DNA of 64,000 bases. Source: Dehalococcoidia bacterium (GTDB lineage: Bacteria; Chloroflexota; Dehalococcoidia; JAUQQI01). The stretch covers positions 3,213-67,212 of the forward strand of contig DAOTYJ010000115.1 of the NCBI GenBank assembly GCA_034434875.1, in the 5' to 3' direction. Under the pieces are notes generated by a model that worked only from the letters and a program-made list of their open reading frames with translations, was not told the DNA's origin and did no database searches. How positions within the stretch are numbered: the first letter of the stretch is position 1; each line of letters begins with the position of its first letter. This document shows positions 51,571 to 61,199 of this stretch, piece after piece. A program made the position numbers and the translations under genes.

Positions 51571-52464
51571 TCAATAGGCCAGGCCGAGGCGTCCCACCAG
51601 CCGGTCCAGTTCGGCCCACGTTTCGGGGTCGGGGAGCTGGGCCGGCCGGCGGAGGCGGGCCGACCTTATCGCCCCCCGCCGCCGGAGGATCTCTTTGCGG
51701 ATGGCCAGGCCGATGCCGGGCTGGGCCTCAAACTTGATCAGCGGAAGGTATTTATAAAACGCAGCTTCGGCCCCATCCCGGTCCCCCTCCTGGAAGCGGC
51801 GGTAAATTTCGACCAGGATTTCCGGAAACCCGAAGCCGGTCATTATCCCCCGGGCGCCCCGGCACAGCTCCTCGTAAAAATAGAGGCCCCCAAGGCCCCC
51901 GAAAAGGCCGAGCCGGTCGGCCGAGAGCTTCCGGATGGCGGTGAACTTGGGCGGGGTCGGCTGGGCCTCCACCTTGGCGTAGGCCACGCCGGGGATTTCG
52001 GCCAGCCGGGCGATGAGGGCGGCGGGCATGTTCACCCCGGTCGTCGCGGGCTCATCCTGGACCACGATGGGGATGTTTACCGCCTCGGCAATGGTTTTGT
52101 AATACTCGTAGATTCCGTCGGGGTCGGGCCGGATGACGTACGGGGGCATGACCAGCAGGGCATCGGCCCCGGCGGCCTCGGCCGCCCGGCTCAATTCCAC
52201 CGCCACCTCAAACCCCGAATGGCCCGTCCCAACCACCACCGGCACCCGCCCCCGGGCCTGGTCGACGACCACCTCCACCACCCGCTGCCGCTCCGCATCC
52301 GAGAGCTTGTGGACCTCCCCGGCGATCCCCAGGACCGTCAGGCCGTGGCACCCCCGCTCGATAAAGAATTCGACCAGGCTCCGGAGACTGCCCTCGTCGA
52401 GGCGGCCGTCGTCGTCAAAAGGTGTGGCCAGGATGGGAAGCACCCCGGCCAGGCCGTTACCCAT
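51571..52464 (-). CDS. dihydrodipicolinate synthase / N-acetylneuraminate lyase family protein (DapA-like)
   Basis: ORF 51571-52563 trimmed to the ATG at 52464 (GGAGGT 8 nt upstream); VLPILATPFDDDGRLDEGSLRSLVEFFIERGCHGLTVLGIAGEV...AYAKVE (Schiff-base Lys region). Confidence 0.8.
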   Translation of the reverse strand: MGNGLAGVLPILATPFDDDGRLDEGSLRSLVEFFIERGCHGLTVLGIAGEVHKLSDAERQRVVEVVVDQARGRVPVVVGTGHSGFEVAVELSRAAEAAGADALLVMPPYVIRPDPDGIYEYYKTIAEAVNIPIVVQDEPATTGVNMPAALIARLAEIPGVAYAKVEAQPTPPKFTAIRKLSADRLGLFGGLGGLYFYEELCRGARGIMTGFGFPEILVEIYRRFQEGDRDGAEAAFYKYLPLIKFEAQPGIGLAIRKEILRRRGAIRSARLRRPAQLPDPETWAELDRLVGRLGLAY

Positions 52465-52671
52465 GTTCACCCTGTGACCTCCTGCCGGAAGTCCGGGCCC
52501 CGCCCATAAGGTGGAGCCAGGCGTAAAGCAGGCCTTCCCTGGCGAGTAATTCCTCCAGGGCAAGCAAGGTTGCCCGGCGCCGCCGGCGGGCCAGGACCAG
52601 CCGCTTAAGCTCGCCCAGGGCGACGGTGCCGTCCGGGCGACGAACCGCCTTAAGGAGCCTTTCGGCCTCGG

Positions 52672-54114
52672 TCACGGCCCGTCCCACCAGGGATAAGACG
52701 GGGGCGAAAGGCCGTCGGCCGTCCGGCCGGCCCAATCGTAATCCTTCATCCGGGGCCACATTCGCTCCCCCGCCGCCTGAAGCCTTGCGGTCAGGGTCCG
52801 CTCATCGGGGGCCCGCAGAACCCGCCGGTTCGCCATCACAATTTCCCCGTCGATGATAACCGTTTCGACGTCGTGGGCTTCGGCATTGTAAACGATGTTT
52901 TTAATCGGGTCCCGAACCGGGGCCATCGTGATGGTGCCGGCGTCCCAGATGACCAGGTCGGCCCGGGCCCCCGGCGCAATCCGGCCCAGGTCGGCCCGGC
53001 CCAGCGCCCTGGCCCCGCCCAGGGTCGCCGCGTCGAAGACCTCGGCCGCCGTCGCCACGTTGGCGTTTCGCTCGACAAGCTTGCCGACGCAGGCCGCCCA
53101 GCGCATCGCGTTAATCATAGACTGGGGGCAGGTGTCCGTTCCCAGGGAGATGTTGATGCCGGCCTTAAGATAGCGGGTAAAGGACTCCAGGGCGATGCCC
53201 CGCCGGTAAAAGACCCAGGGGGAGTGGGCAACGGACACGCCGGTTTCGGCCATAATCCCGATATCCCCCGGCGGGTAGTTGGCCCAGGAGCTTCCCCCGA
53301 TAATAATGGCGTGGCCGAGGATGACCTCCGGCCCGAGAAAGCCGAGGTCCCGAAGCCAGGCGATGGGCGTTTTGCCGTGGCGCCGGAGGACCACCTGAAA
53401 CTCGACGACCGACTGGGCCACGTGAATGGTCACCGGCAGCCGGCGCTCGACGGCCACCCGGCGGGTTTCCCGCAGCAGCGCCTCGGAGCAGGTATCTGCC
53501 TGGCCCGGGGAAAGGAGCCCCCGGATGCGGCCGTTCGCCCGGCCATCCCAGCGGTCGATGACCTCCAGGGCCCGGCGCAGGCCGGCCAACCCGCCCCCTT
53601 CATCCCACTGGTAGAGAACCTGCCTGCCGTCGGGGGTGTACCAGCGGCCAGAGCGGTAGAAGGGGCCGATGTAAACCCGGAGGCCGACCCGCTCAGCCTG
53701 CTCGGCGACGTACTCGGTATGGGCGCCGAGTTCGCAAACGGTGGTGCAGCCGGTCCGGATGAGCTCCACCAGGGAGAAGTCGACACAGGCCCGGCTGGCC
53801 TCCTCGTCCTGGGCGGCCTCCCGGACCGGCAGGTACTCGTAGAGGCCCGACATGTAAAACTGGGGGGAGCCCCGGTCCTCGATAAAGGACTTATCCAGGG
53901 GCGACCCGGCCAGGTGGGCGTGGGTGGAGATGAGGCCGGGGGTGACGATTTTCCCGGCGGCGTCCATGACCCGGTCGACCCGGCCGTCGAAGCGGCGGCC
54001 GACGTGGATAATCGTATCGCCCTCGTAGACGACCACCCCGTCCCGGAGGAGCCGGTGCCGGCGGCCGTCGAAGGCCACCACCCAGGAAGCCTTTATAAGG
54101 GTTCGGTCAGCCAT
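52672..54114 (-). CDS. amidohydrolase-family metal-dependent hydrolase (chlorohydrolase/SsnA-like aminohydrolase)
   Basis: 480 aa; GLISTHAHLAGS (HxH metal site), ...VTIHVAQS..., GINISLGTDT, ...RADLVIWD C-terminal Asp; typical of the ATZ/TRZ-guanine deaminase clade. Confidence 0.8.
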   Translation of the reverse strand: MADRTLIKASWVVAFDGRRHRLLRDGVVVYEGDTIIHVGRRFDGRVDRVMDAAGKIVTPGLISTHAHLAGSPLDKSFIEDRGSPQFYMSGLYEYLPVREAAQDEEASRACVDFSLVELIRTGCTTVCELGAHTEYVAEQAERVGLRVYIGPFYRSGRWYTPDGRQVLYQWDEGGGLAGLRRALEVIDRWDGRANGRIRGLLSPGQADTCSEALLRETRRVAVERRLPVTIHVAQSVVEFQVVLRRHGKTPIAWLRDLGFLGPEVILGHAIIIGGSSWANYPPGDIGIMAETGVSVAHSPWVFYRRGIALESFTRYLKAGINISLGTDTCPQSMINAMRWAACVGKLVERNANVATAAEVFDAATLGGARALGRADLGRIAPGARADLVIWDAGTITMAPVRDPIKNIVYNAEAHDVETVIIDGEIVMANRRVLRAPDERTLTARLQAAGERMWPRMKDYDWAGRTADGLSPPSYPWWDGP

Positions 54115-54280
54115 CCGGTTAAAATCGGGCGGAAACCCTGGTGCCTGTGCCGGCCGCCCGGCCCGGCCGATATAAAATACCGGAGAAGGAGGCGGCCGTG
54201 CCCGTGGACCCGAGCATCCTGGTAGCCGTCGGCCTGCTCATTGCCCTCTTCTGCTTTTCGGCGGGCAGGCCCAGGTCCCG

Positions 54281-54970
54281 TTAAACCAGCCGGAGGCGGC
54301 GGAACGCCTCGGCGTAGGGCATGCCCGCCAGCTTGCCCACCTCCTCGGCCCAGCGGGTGACGAATTCGTGGACCGGCCGCTCCCCGATCTGACTCCGGTG
54401 GGCCCGAAGGGCCCGAATCTTGAGCTCGAGGGTTTCGGAGACGTCGACGAAAAAGTTCGGCTCCCGGGGGCCCGAAAGGTAGACCTCTTCAACGGTGTGG
54501 ACGTCGAGGCCCTGCTTTAAAAGCTCGGGAAAGCTGGGACGGTTGCGGGCGGCGGGGAAGACCGCCGCCAGAACCGCCTCCCCGGCGGCGATGTGGTCGG
54601 GGTGGTTGATGTACCGGTCGGCCAGGTAGCGGGCGGTGGGGTCGGGGCAGACCACCCACTGGGGCCGGTAAAGGCGGATGATTTTAACCAGCTCCCGCCG
54701 GAGCTCGATGGTGGGCTGAAGAACCCCGTCTTCATAGCCCAGAAAAAGCACCTCTTTGACCCCGAGGATGCGGGCCGCCTCCCGCTGCTCCTCGACCCGG
54801 AGGCGGGCAAGCCTTTCGCCCGCCAGCTCCAGGTCCTCGGTGCCCTTGCTGCCGTCGGTGATGATTACGTACATCACCTCCCGGCCTTCCCGGGCCCACC
54901 GGGCAAAGGTCCCGCCGGCCCCAAATTCGGGGTCGTCGGGGTGGGCGAAGATTCCCATAACGTCGACCAT
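54281..54970 (-). CDS. PIG-L/LmbE-family N-acetylglucosaminyl deacetylase
   Basis: ORF 54281-55159 trimmed to the ATG at 54970 (MVDVMGIFAHPDDPEFGAGGTFARWAREGREVMYVIITDG...HPDH); zinc-binding HPDDPE and HxDH motifs. Confidence 0.75.
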   Translation of the reverse strand: MVDVMGIFAHPDDPEFGAGGTFARWAREGREVMYVIITDGSKGTEDLELAGERLARLRVEEQREAARILGVKEVLFLGYEDGVLQPTIELRRELVKIIRLYRPQWVVCPDPTARYLADRYINHPDHIAAGEAVLAAVFPAARNRPSFPELLKQGLDVHTVEEVYLSGPREPNFFVDVSETLELKIRALRAHRSQIGERPVHEFVTRWAEEVGKLAGMPYAEAFRRLRLV

Positions 54971-55031
54971 GCAACCCCTCGCGTTCGGACTTTCGCCCCC
55001 CATTATAACCCATCGGACCCGGGCGGTGACC

Positions 55032-55670
55032 CTAAGTTCGCCAGGCAGCCAGCACCCCGTCCCGGACCGGGATAATGCTGGCCACAAAGTCGGGGTCGGC
55101 AAAGACCAGGCGGGTAAGCTCCCGGACGCCCCGGGTTGCGGGGTCGTCGGCCTGCTCATCCCAGACCCGGCCCGACCAGAAGATGTTGTCCACCAGCATC
55201 AGGCCGCCCCGCCGGAGGTGCCTTTTGATGACGGGCAGCGCCTGGGGGTAGGCCGGCTTGTCGATGTCGTTAAAAACCAGGTCGAACTCGCCGGGGGTGC
55301 GCTCAAGCTCGGCCACGGCCTCGGCAACCCGGAACCGGACCAGGTCGATGAGGCCCAGCCGGCCGAGGTAGTCCCGGGCCTGGCGGGAAAGCTCCTCATC
55401 CCAGACCACGTGGTAGACCTCCCCACCCCCGTTGTCCCGGACGGCCAGGGCCAGCCAGGCGGTGGAGTAGCCGTAGCCGGAGCCCAGCTCGAACACCCGC
55501 CGGGCGCCGCTCAGGCGGCCGAGCAGGTAAAAGAGCCGGCCGACCACCGGGCCGATGATGGGGAATCCGGTCCGGCGGGCCCGCTCCTCCATCTCCTGTA
55601 GGACCGGGTGGCGGGGCGGGACCAGGGCCTCCAGGTAGGCCACAAGCCGGGGGTTATATAGCTCTTCCAT
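55032..55670 (-). CDS. class I SAM-dependent O-methyltransferase (caffeoyl-CoA OMT / YrrM-like)
   Basis: 212 aa; [46 protein letters not shown]. Confidence 0.8.
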   Translation of the reverse strand: MEELYNPRLVAYLEALVPPRHPVLQEMEERARRTGFPIIGPVVGRLFYLLGRLSGARRVFELGSGYGYSTAWLALAVRDNGGGEVYHVVWDEELSRQARDYLGRLGLIDLVRFRVAEAVAELERTPGEFDLVFNDIDKPAYPQALPVIKRHLRRGGLMLVDNIFWSGRVWDEQADDPATRGVRELTRLVFADPDFVASIIPVRDGVLAAWRT

Positions 55671-55730
55671 CGGTGTCCTCCGCCGATAATCGTCGAAGGC
55701 TATTATATACTCAAAGGGGGCGGCGTCCCC

Positions 55731-55755
55731 CGGCGATAGAATCCGGCTATCGCCG
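55731..55755. promoter_or_regulatory. perfect inverted repeat CGGCGATAG-N7-CTATCGCCG in the divergent O-MT / hemB promoter region
   Basis: 9-bp arms, 7-nt spacer, ~75 nt upstream of the hemB ATG (55829); flanked by the AT-rich TATTATATAC (55701-55710, = TATAAT on the minus strand) and a plus-strand TATCAT at 55805-55810. Confidence 0.3.
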
Positions 55756-55828
55756 CCATAAGAAATTACGGGCCGACGGCGGGGGTTTTCCCCGGGTCGC
55801 GTGCTATCATAGTCGGGAGGACGGGCCG

Positions 55829-56830
55829 ATGCTTGAGACGAGAAGTCTCCGCGGCTATCCGGCGGTCCGTCTCCGCCGCCTGCGGCGAACCCCGGCGCTG
55901 CGGGAGCTGGTTCAGGAGACCCGCCTTTCGGTCAAAGACTTTATATACCCCCTCTTTATCATCGAAGGCCACGGCATTCGCCAGGAAATCGAAAGCATGC
56001 CCGGTCAGTACCGCTGGTCCCTGGACCTTCTGCCCGCCGAGGTGGAGGCCATCGCCCGGCTCGGCATCCGGGCGGTCTTGCTTTTTGGGATCCCGGAGCG
56101 CAAGGATGAGGTGGGGTCGGGGGCGTGGGCCGAGGACGGCATCATCCAGCGGGCCGTAAGGGTAATTAAGGGCCTGGTGCCCGACCTTACGGTCATCTGC
56201 GACGTCTGCCTCTGCGAGTACACCAGCCACGGCCACTGCGGGGTTGTCCGGGACGGCTACGTGCAGAACGACGAAACTTTAGAACTGCTGGCCCGGACGG
56301 CCGTCTCCCAGGCCGCGGCCGGGGCCGACATCGTCGCCCCCTCGGATATGATGGACGGCCGGGTTGGGGCCATCCGCCGGGCCCTCGACGAGGCGGGCTT
56401 CGGGCAGGTGGCCATCATGGCCTACAGCGCCAAGTACGCCTCGGCCTTTTACGGCCCCTTCCGGGAGGCGGCCGGCTCGGCCCCCCAGTTTGGGGACCGC
56501 CGGGCCTACCAGATGGACCCGCCCAACGTCCGGGAGGCGTTGCGGGAGGTGGAGCTGGATATCGGGGAGGGGGCCGACATCGTAATGGTCAAACCGGCCC
56601 TGGCCTACCTGGACGTTATCCGGGCCGTCCGGCAGCGCTTCGACCACCCCCTGGCGGCCTATAACGTGAGCGGGGAGTACGCCATGGTCAAGGCGGCCGC
56701 CCGCAACGGCTGGCTTGACGAGCGGCGGGTAACCCTGGAGGTCCTTTACGGCATCAAGCGGGCCGGGGCCGACCTGATAATCACCTACCACGCCAAGGAC
56801 GCGGCCCGGTGGCTGAAGGAAGAAGGCTGA
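55829..56830 (+). CDS. hemB: porphobilinogen synthase (delta-aminolevulinic acid dehydratase)
   Basis: ORF 55673-56830 trimmed to ATG 55829 (GGGAGG 9 nt upstream); [35 protein letters not shown]...[18 protein letters not shown]...[18 protein letters not shown]...VKPALAYLD (active-site Lys). Confidence 0.9.
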   Translation: MLETRSLRGYPAVRLRRLRRTPALRELVQETRLSVKDFIYPLFIIEGHGIRQEIESMPGQYRWSLDLLPAEVEAIARLGIRAVLLFGIPERKDEVGSGAWAEDGIIQRAVRVIKGLVPDLTVICDVCLCEYTSHGHCGVVRDGYVQNDETLELLARTAVSQAAAGADIVAPSDMMDGRVGAIRRALDEAGFGQVAIMAYSAKYASAFYGPFREAAGSAPQFGDRRAYQMDPPNVREALREVELDIGEGADIVMVKPALAYLDVIRAVRQRFDHPLAAYNVSGEYAMVKAAARNGWLDERRVTLEVLYGIKRAGADLIITYHAKDAARWLKEEG

Positions 56831-56896
56831 AACGGATGGGGCAGGCCAGGTTTGGTCCTTCCCCGGCGGACCAAAGCCCATAAAAAGGAGGACCTG

Positions 56897-58042
56897 ATGC
56901 CGACTAAAAATACCGGCCTTAAAGGTGTGGTGCTCGCCGAAACCCAGTCCAGTTATATCGACGGGGAGAAGGGGATACTCCTTTACCGGGGCTACCGGAT
57001 TGAGGACCTCGCCACAAAGTCCACCTTCGAAGAGGTGGCATATCTTTTGCTTTACGGCCGGCTGCCCACCCGGGCCGAGCTGGACGAGTTCGGCGCAACC
57101 CTGCGGGCAAGCCGGCCGATTCCGGACGAGGTGGTCCAGGTTATCCGGCTCATCAAGCACGCCCACCCGATGGACGTGCTCCGGACGGGGGTTTCGGCCC
57201 TGGCCGCCTTCGACCCGGAGGTAAACGACGTCTCCGAGCCGGCGACCCTGCGCAAGGGCATCCGGCTTACGGCCCAGGTTCCCACCATCGTCGCCTACCA
57301 CCACCGGATCCGGCAGGGGCTTGAGCCGGTGCCCCCCAACCCCAACCTGGGCCACGCCGCCAACTTCCTCTGGATGCTCTTCGGCCAGGAGCCCCACCCG
57401 GAGGACGCCCGGACCCTGGACGTCGACTTCATCCTGCACGCCGAGCACGGGGCCAATGCCTCGGCCTTTACCGCCCGGGTGATCGTGAGCACCATGTCCG
57501 ACCTGCACTCGGCCATCGTCGGGGCCATCGGGGCCCTCAAGGGCCCCTGGCACGGGGGAGCGGCCGAGGCGGTGATGCGCATGGCCGAAGAGATCGGCTC
57601 GCCCGACCGGGCCGAGGCCTACGTTCGGGAGCGCCTCGCCCGGGGCGAGCGGGTGATGGGCTTCGGCCACCGGGTTTACAAGGTGGAAGACCCCCGGGCC
57701 AAGCTTCTGCGGCCCCTGGCCAAGGAGGTGGCCGAGCGGCGGAACCAGCCCCACTGGTTCCAGATCCTGCAGAAGGTCGAAGAAGCGATGCGGCCCTACC
57801 AGGAGCGGGGGATCTACGTTAACGTCGACTTCTACGCCGGGGTCGTCTACTACCTCCTTGGCATCCCCGAAGACCTGTTCGTGCCCATCTTCGCCATCGG
57901 CCGGGTCCCGGGCTGGGTTCTGCAGTGCATCGAGCAGTACCGGGATGCCGTCCTCATCCGGCCGCTCCTGGAGTATGTGGGCCCGATGGACCTCGAGTAT
58001 ACCCCCATCGACCAGCGGGGTCCGGCCCCGGCCCGCACCTGA
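56897..58042 (+). CDS. citrate synthase (type II / 2-methylcitrate synthase family)
   Basis: ORF 56852-58042 trimmed to the ATG at 56897 (AAAGGAGG upstream); GLKGVVLAETQSSYIDGEKGILLYRGYRIEDLA...HAEHGANASAFTARVIVSTMSDLHSAI...GFGHRVYK...DPRA. Confidence 0.9.
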   Translation: MPTKNTGLKGVVLAETQSSYIDGEKGILLYRGYRIEDLATKSTFEEVAYLLLYGRLPTRAELDEFGATLRASRPIPDEVVQVIRLIKHAHPMDVLRTGVSALAAFDPEVNDVSEPATLRKGIRLTAQVPTIVAYHHRIRQGLEPVPPNPNLGHAANFLWMLFGQEPHPEDARTLDVDFILHAEHGANASAFTARVIVSTMSDLHSAIVGAIGALKGPWHGGAAEAVMRMAEEIGSPDRAEAYVRERLARGERVMGFGHRVYKVEDPRAKLLRPLAKEVAERRNQPHWFQILQKVEEAMRPYQERGIYVNVDFYAGVVYYLLGIPEDLFVPIFAIGRVPGWVLQCIEQYRDAVLIRPLLEYVGPMDLEYTPIDQRGPAPART

Positions 58043-58064
58043 AGCCGGACCTTAAGGGCCGAAG

Positions 58065-58406
58065 GTGACCGTGGACTACCGGCGCACCGGGGTCTGGCTG
58101 GCGGCCATCGTGGCCACCGGCCTGACGGCCTGGGTTCTGGTCCAGTTCGTCACCTGGGCCGTCATCCTGGTCCATTCGGCCGCCCACTTCCTGCCCTGGA
58201 AGGTAGGGGTGGCCGTCCGCTACCTGGCCTTCTACGGGCTGGGCCTCGTCGCCCCGGCCGCCGTGATGCGGGCAAGCTGGGACTGGCTCTACCGGAACGG
58301 CGACCGGCAGGGCTTTGTGGTGGGCTTTCTGGTTCACCTGCTCTTGCTGGCCGTCTTCATCCCGGTGCTGCTGGCCTATAACATCGCCGACCTGCTCGGC
58401 AGGTAG
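58065..58406 (+). CDS. small hypothetical membrane protein (GTG start)
   Basis: 113 aa, 3 predicted TM helices, no recognisable family; sits between citrate synthase and rph on the same strand. Confidence 0.4.
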   Translation: MTVDYRRTGVWLAAIVATGLTAWVLVQFVTWAVILVHSAAHFLPWKVGVAVRYLAFYGLGLVAPAAVMRASWDWLYRNGDRQGFVVGFLVHLLLLAVFIPVLLAYNIADLLGR

Positions 58407-58417
58407 AGGGGCCGCCG

Positions 58418-59155
58418 ATGGCTGAGTTTTCCGGCCGGCCGGGCGGTCGGGCGCCGGACCAGCTCCGGCCGGTCCGAATCATTCCGGACCCGCTGGAGTT
58501 TCCCGAAGGCTCGGCCCTCATCGAGCAGGGCCGAACCCGGGTGCTCTGCGCCGTCACGGTGGAGGAGCGGGTGCCCCCCTTCCTGGCCGGGACCGGCCGG
58601 GGCTGGATAACCGCCGAGTACGGGATGCTCCCCCGGGCAACCCCGACCCGCTCGCCCCGGGAGGCGGTCCAGGGCCGCCTTTCCGGCCGAACCCAGGAGA
58701 TTCAGCGCCTCATCGGCCGGGCCCTCCGGGCCGTGGTCGACCTGGAGAAGCTGGGCGAGCGCACCCTCATCGTCGACTGCGACGTGCTTCAGGCCGACGG
58801 CGGAACCCGAACGGCGGCCATTACCGGGGCCTGGGTCGCCCTGGCCCGGGCGGTGGGCCGGCTGAGGGCCCAGGGGGTGCTGGCGGCTGACCCCATCAGG
58901 CAGGCGGTGGCCGCCGTGAGCGTGGGCATCGTCGACGGGGTGCCCTTGCTGGACCTGGAATACGCCGAGGATTCCCGGGCCGAGGTGGACCTCAACGTGG
59001 TGATGGCCACCGACGGCCGGCTGGTGGAGATTCAGGGCACCGCCGAAACGGAACCCTTCGGCCGGGAAGACCTAAATCGGCTGCTTGACCTGGCCGAGGC
59101 GGGCATCCGCCAGCTCCTTCGGGCCCAGCAGGCGGCCCTGGCCGGGGCGCTTTAG
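58418..59155 (+). CDS. rph: ribonuclease PH
   Basis: [12 protein letters not shown]...[21 protein letters not shown]...[14 protein letters not shown]...[27 protein letters not shown]. Confidence 0.9.
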   Translation: MAEFSGRPGGRAPDQLRPVRIIPDPLEFPEGSALIEQGRTRVLCAVTVEERVPPFLAGTGRGWITAEYGMLPRATPTRSPREAVQGRLSGRTQEIQRLIGRALRAVVDLEKLGERTLIVDCDVLQADGGTRTAAITGAWVALARAVGRLRAQGVLAADPIRQAVAAVSVGIVDGVPLLDLEYAEDSRAEVDLNVVMATDGRLVEIQGTAETEPFGREDLNRLLDLAEAGIRQLLRAQQAALAGAL

Positions 59156-59655
59156 CGGACGGCCGTCGGGGTCGAGTGGGGGGTGGCCGGAGCGGTGGGC
59201 GGCGGGGTGGGGGTCCGGGTCGGGACGGGCGTGGGGGTGGGAAAGGGCGGCCGGGTCGGGGGCGGGGAAGGCGACGGGGTCGGACTCCGGCGGGGCTGGG
59301 GTGTGGGCGGCCGGGTCGGGGCCTGGGTGGGAGTCGGCGGCGGGGCGGGCGGGCCGGCCGAAACGGCCGTGGGCAACGGCAGGGGGGTGGGCGCCGCCTC
59401 CTCCGGCGGCCCGGATGGGGGGCTTACGGCCGGAAGCTCCCGGCCTTCGGCGGCAGGACCGGCCGGGGCCGCCGGCAGGGGTATGAGCACCAGGCTGGCC
59501 ACCCCCAGGCAGTAGCAGAGGGCCCCGACCAGGTAGATCAGGGCCAAGGTGGCGTAGAGCCGCCGGCCCCAGACCGTCTGCCTTCTCCACCAGGCATTCA
59601 GGCCCTGCCAGCGGGCGATGAGGTTAACCAGGAGCTCACGCCCCGCCCGGCCCAA
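59152..59655 (-). CDS. membrane-anchored proline/threonine-rich low-complexity protein
   Basis: 167 aa; one N-terminal TM helix ([29 protein letters not shown]) followed by ~110 aa of PT/PA-rich repeats ([32 protein letters not shown]); the opposite-strand ORFs here are Gly/Arg-rich nonsense; 9 nt downstream of tatC. Confidence 0.5.
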   Translation of the reverse strand: MGRAGRELLVNLIARWQGLNAWWRRQTVWGRRLYATLALIYLVGALCYCLGVASLVLIPLPAAPAGPAAEGRELPAVSPPSGPPEEAAPTPLPLPTAVSAGPPAPPPTPTQAPTRPPTPQPRRSPTPSPSPPPTRPPFPTPTPVPTRTPTPPPTAPATPHSTPTAVR

Positions 59656-59664
59656 GGGCGTCGG

Positions 59665-60381
59665 CTAGCGGTAGGCGAGCCTGGCCAGGAGGATGCCCAC
59701 TTCGTAAAGGAGGATGAGGGGCACCGCCACCAGGGTCTGGTTGACCGGGTCGAAGGTCGGGGTTATGACCGCCCCGAGGGCAAAGGCCCCAACGATGGCG
59801 TATTTTCTAAGGCCGGCCAGCCGCTGGGGACTCACGACCCGGACCTTGGCCAGGAAATAGATAATAAGGGGCGTCTCGAAGACCACCCCCACCCAGAAGA
59901 GAAAACGGGTTACGAAGTCGATATAACTGGAGAGCCTGATCTGGGGCCGGGCGATATCCTCCCCCGGCCAGCCCAGCAGGAACGTAAGGGCCGGGGGCAT
60001 CAGGACGGCGTAGGCAAAGACCACCCCGACGACAAAACTTAAGGTCGCCCCGGGCAGTAGCCAGAAAAGGTACCGCTTCTCCGTGGGCGTAAGGCCCGGC
60101 ACCACGAAGATGACGGCCTGGTAGACGATGGCCGGCATCGCCAGGATGACGCCCGCCAGCAGCGCCACCCGGAAATACGACCCCATCCCCTCGGTGGGGT
60201 CGATGAAGATGAGGTCGATGGACTGGGCCGGGGCCTTTAAAATCTCGAAGATCGGCCGGGTAAAGAGCAGGGAAAAGAGGGTTGCCACACCCAGGGCCAC
60301 GAAGCTGCGGATGAGCCGCATCCGCAGCTCGGCCAGGTGCTCGAAGATGGTCATCCGTTTCTCATCGGCGACCTGGGCCAC
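59665..60381 (-). CDS. tatC: twin-arginine translocase subunit TatC
   Basis: 238 aa, 6 TM; MTIFEHLAELRMRLIRSFVALGVATLFSLLF...PGLTPTEKRY. Confidence 0.9.
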   Translation of the reverse strand: MAQVADEKRMTIFEHLAELRMRLIRSFVALGVATLFSLLFTRPIFEILKAPAQSIDLIFIDPTEGMGSYFRVALLAGVILAMPAIVYQAVIFVVPGLTPTEKRYLFWLLPGATLSFVVGVVFAYAVLMPPALTFLLGWPGEDIARPQIRLSSYIDFVTRFLFWVGVVFETPLIIYFLAKVRVVSPQRLAGLRKYAIVGAFALGAVITPTFDPVNQTLVAVPLILLYEVGILLARLAYR

Positions 60382-60383
60382 CT

Positions 60384-60650
60384 TTACTCCTCATCGTCTT
60401 CGACGCCGTGCTCTTTAATAAATTCTACCGCATCCCGCACCGTGCGGATCCGCTCGGCCTCCTCGTCGGAGATGGTGATCTGGCGGCCTTCCTTGCTGAA
60501 CTCCTCCTCAAGGCGCATGATGAGCTCGACCAGGTCCAGGGAGTCGGCGTTCAGGTCCTCGATAAACGAGGCGTCCGGCGTGACCTGGTCCTCGTCCACC
60601 CCGAGCTCCTCCACGATTATGCGCTTTACCCGTTCGTAGACCGTGGCCAT
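60384..60650 (-). CDS. acpP: acyl carrier protein
   Basis: 88 aa; [46 protein letters not shown] with the phosphopantetheine Ser in DSLD; small insertion ([10 protein letters not shown]) and acidic C-tail; only 2 nt from tatC. Confidence 0.85.
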   Translation of the reverse strand: MATVYERVKRIIVEELGVDEDQVTPDASFIEDLNADSLDLVELIMRLEEEFSKEGRQITISDEEAERIRTVRDAVEFIKEHGVEDDEE

Positions 60651-60726
60651 AGATTCACCCCCCTTGGGGATTTTTGGGTTGCTTCGGGCCGGGGTCGGCC
60701 GACCCCGGGGCCCGTTGTTGCCAGGG

Positions 60727-61185
60727 CTACCGGTTGTTCACCCCGCCCGGGGCCCCGGGCACCCGCCCGTAGGCCCGGACGACGGCCCCCAGGACGCCGT
60801 TGACAAATTTCGGCGAGGCGTCGGTGCCGAAGAGCTTGGCCAGCTCGACGGCCTCGTTGATGGCCGCCTTCACCGGCACCTGATTCTCGAACAGCACCTC
60901 GTAAAGGGCCAGCCTGAGTATGTTTTTGTCCACCGCATTCATCTGTTCCAGGGGCCAGGCCGGGGCGAACCGCCCGATTATCTCATCAAGCTCGGCCCGG
61001 TGGGCCAGGGTCCCGTAAACCAGGTTCCGGGCGAACTCGGCCGCATCGGCAGGCAGCGGCTCCTCGGCCAGGTAGTATTCCAGCGCCTTGGCCGGGTTGT
61101 GACCGGTCAGGTCGTGCTCAAAAAGCACCCGGAACGCCAGGATCCGGGCCTGACGGCGCCAGCCGGGCTTCTTTTCGGCGGCCAT
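60727..61185 (-). CDS. nusB: transcription antitermination factor NusB
   Basis: 152 aa; [16 protein letters not shown]...[49 protein letters not shown] aligns with the E. coli NusB C-terminus ([31 protein letters not shown]). Confidence 0.85.
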   Translation of the reverse strand: MAAEKKPGWRRQARILAFRVLFEHDLTGHNPAKALEYYLAEEPLPADAAEFARNLVYGTLAHRAELDEIIGRFAPAWPLEQMNAVDKNILRLALYEVLFENQVPVKAAINEAVELAKLFGTDASPKFVNGVLGAVVRAYGRVPGAPGGVNNR

Positions 61186-61199
61186 TCTATGTTTAAAAA

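Noticed and set aside
52457-52759. 100-aa ORF between the dapA-like and amidohydrolase genes
   Set aside because: It is Arg/Leu-rich with no motif and overlaps both neighbours. The ~200-nt spacer is more likely a promoter region.
52873-54225. 450-aa + strand ORF
   Set aside because: It is antisense to the amidohydrolase, which carries clear HxH/metal motifs, and has a low-complexity composition.
56279-57754. 491-aa - strand ORF
   Set aside because: It is antisense to hemB and citrate synthase, both unambiguous.
59176-60042. 288-aa + strand Gly/Arg-rich ORF
   Set aside because: It is the mirror image of the PT-rich coding repeats and of tatC. It has no TM or domain logic, whereas the minus strand gives a TM helix plus linker and TatC.
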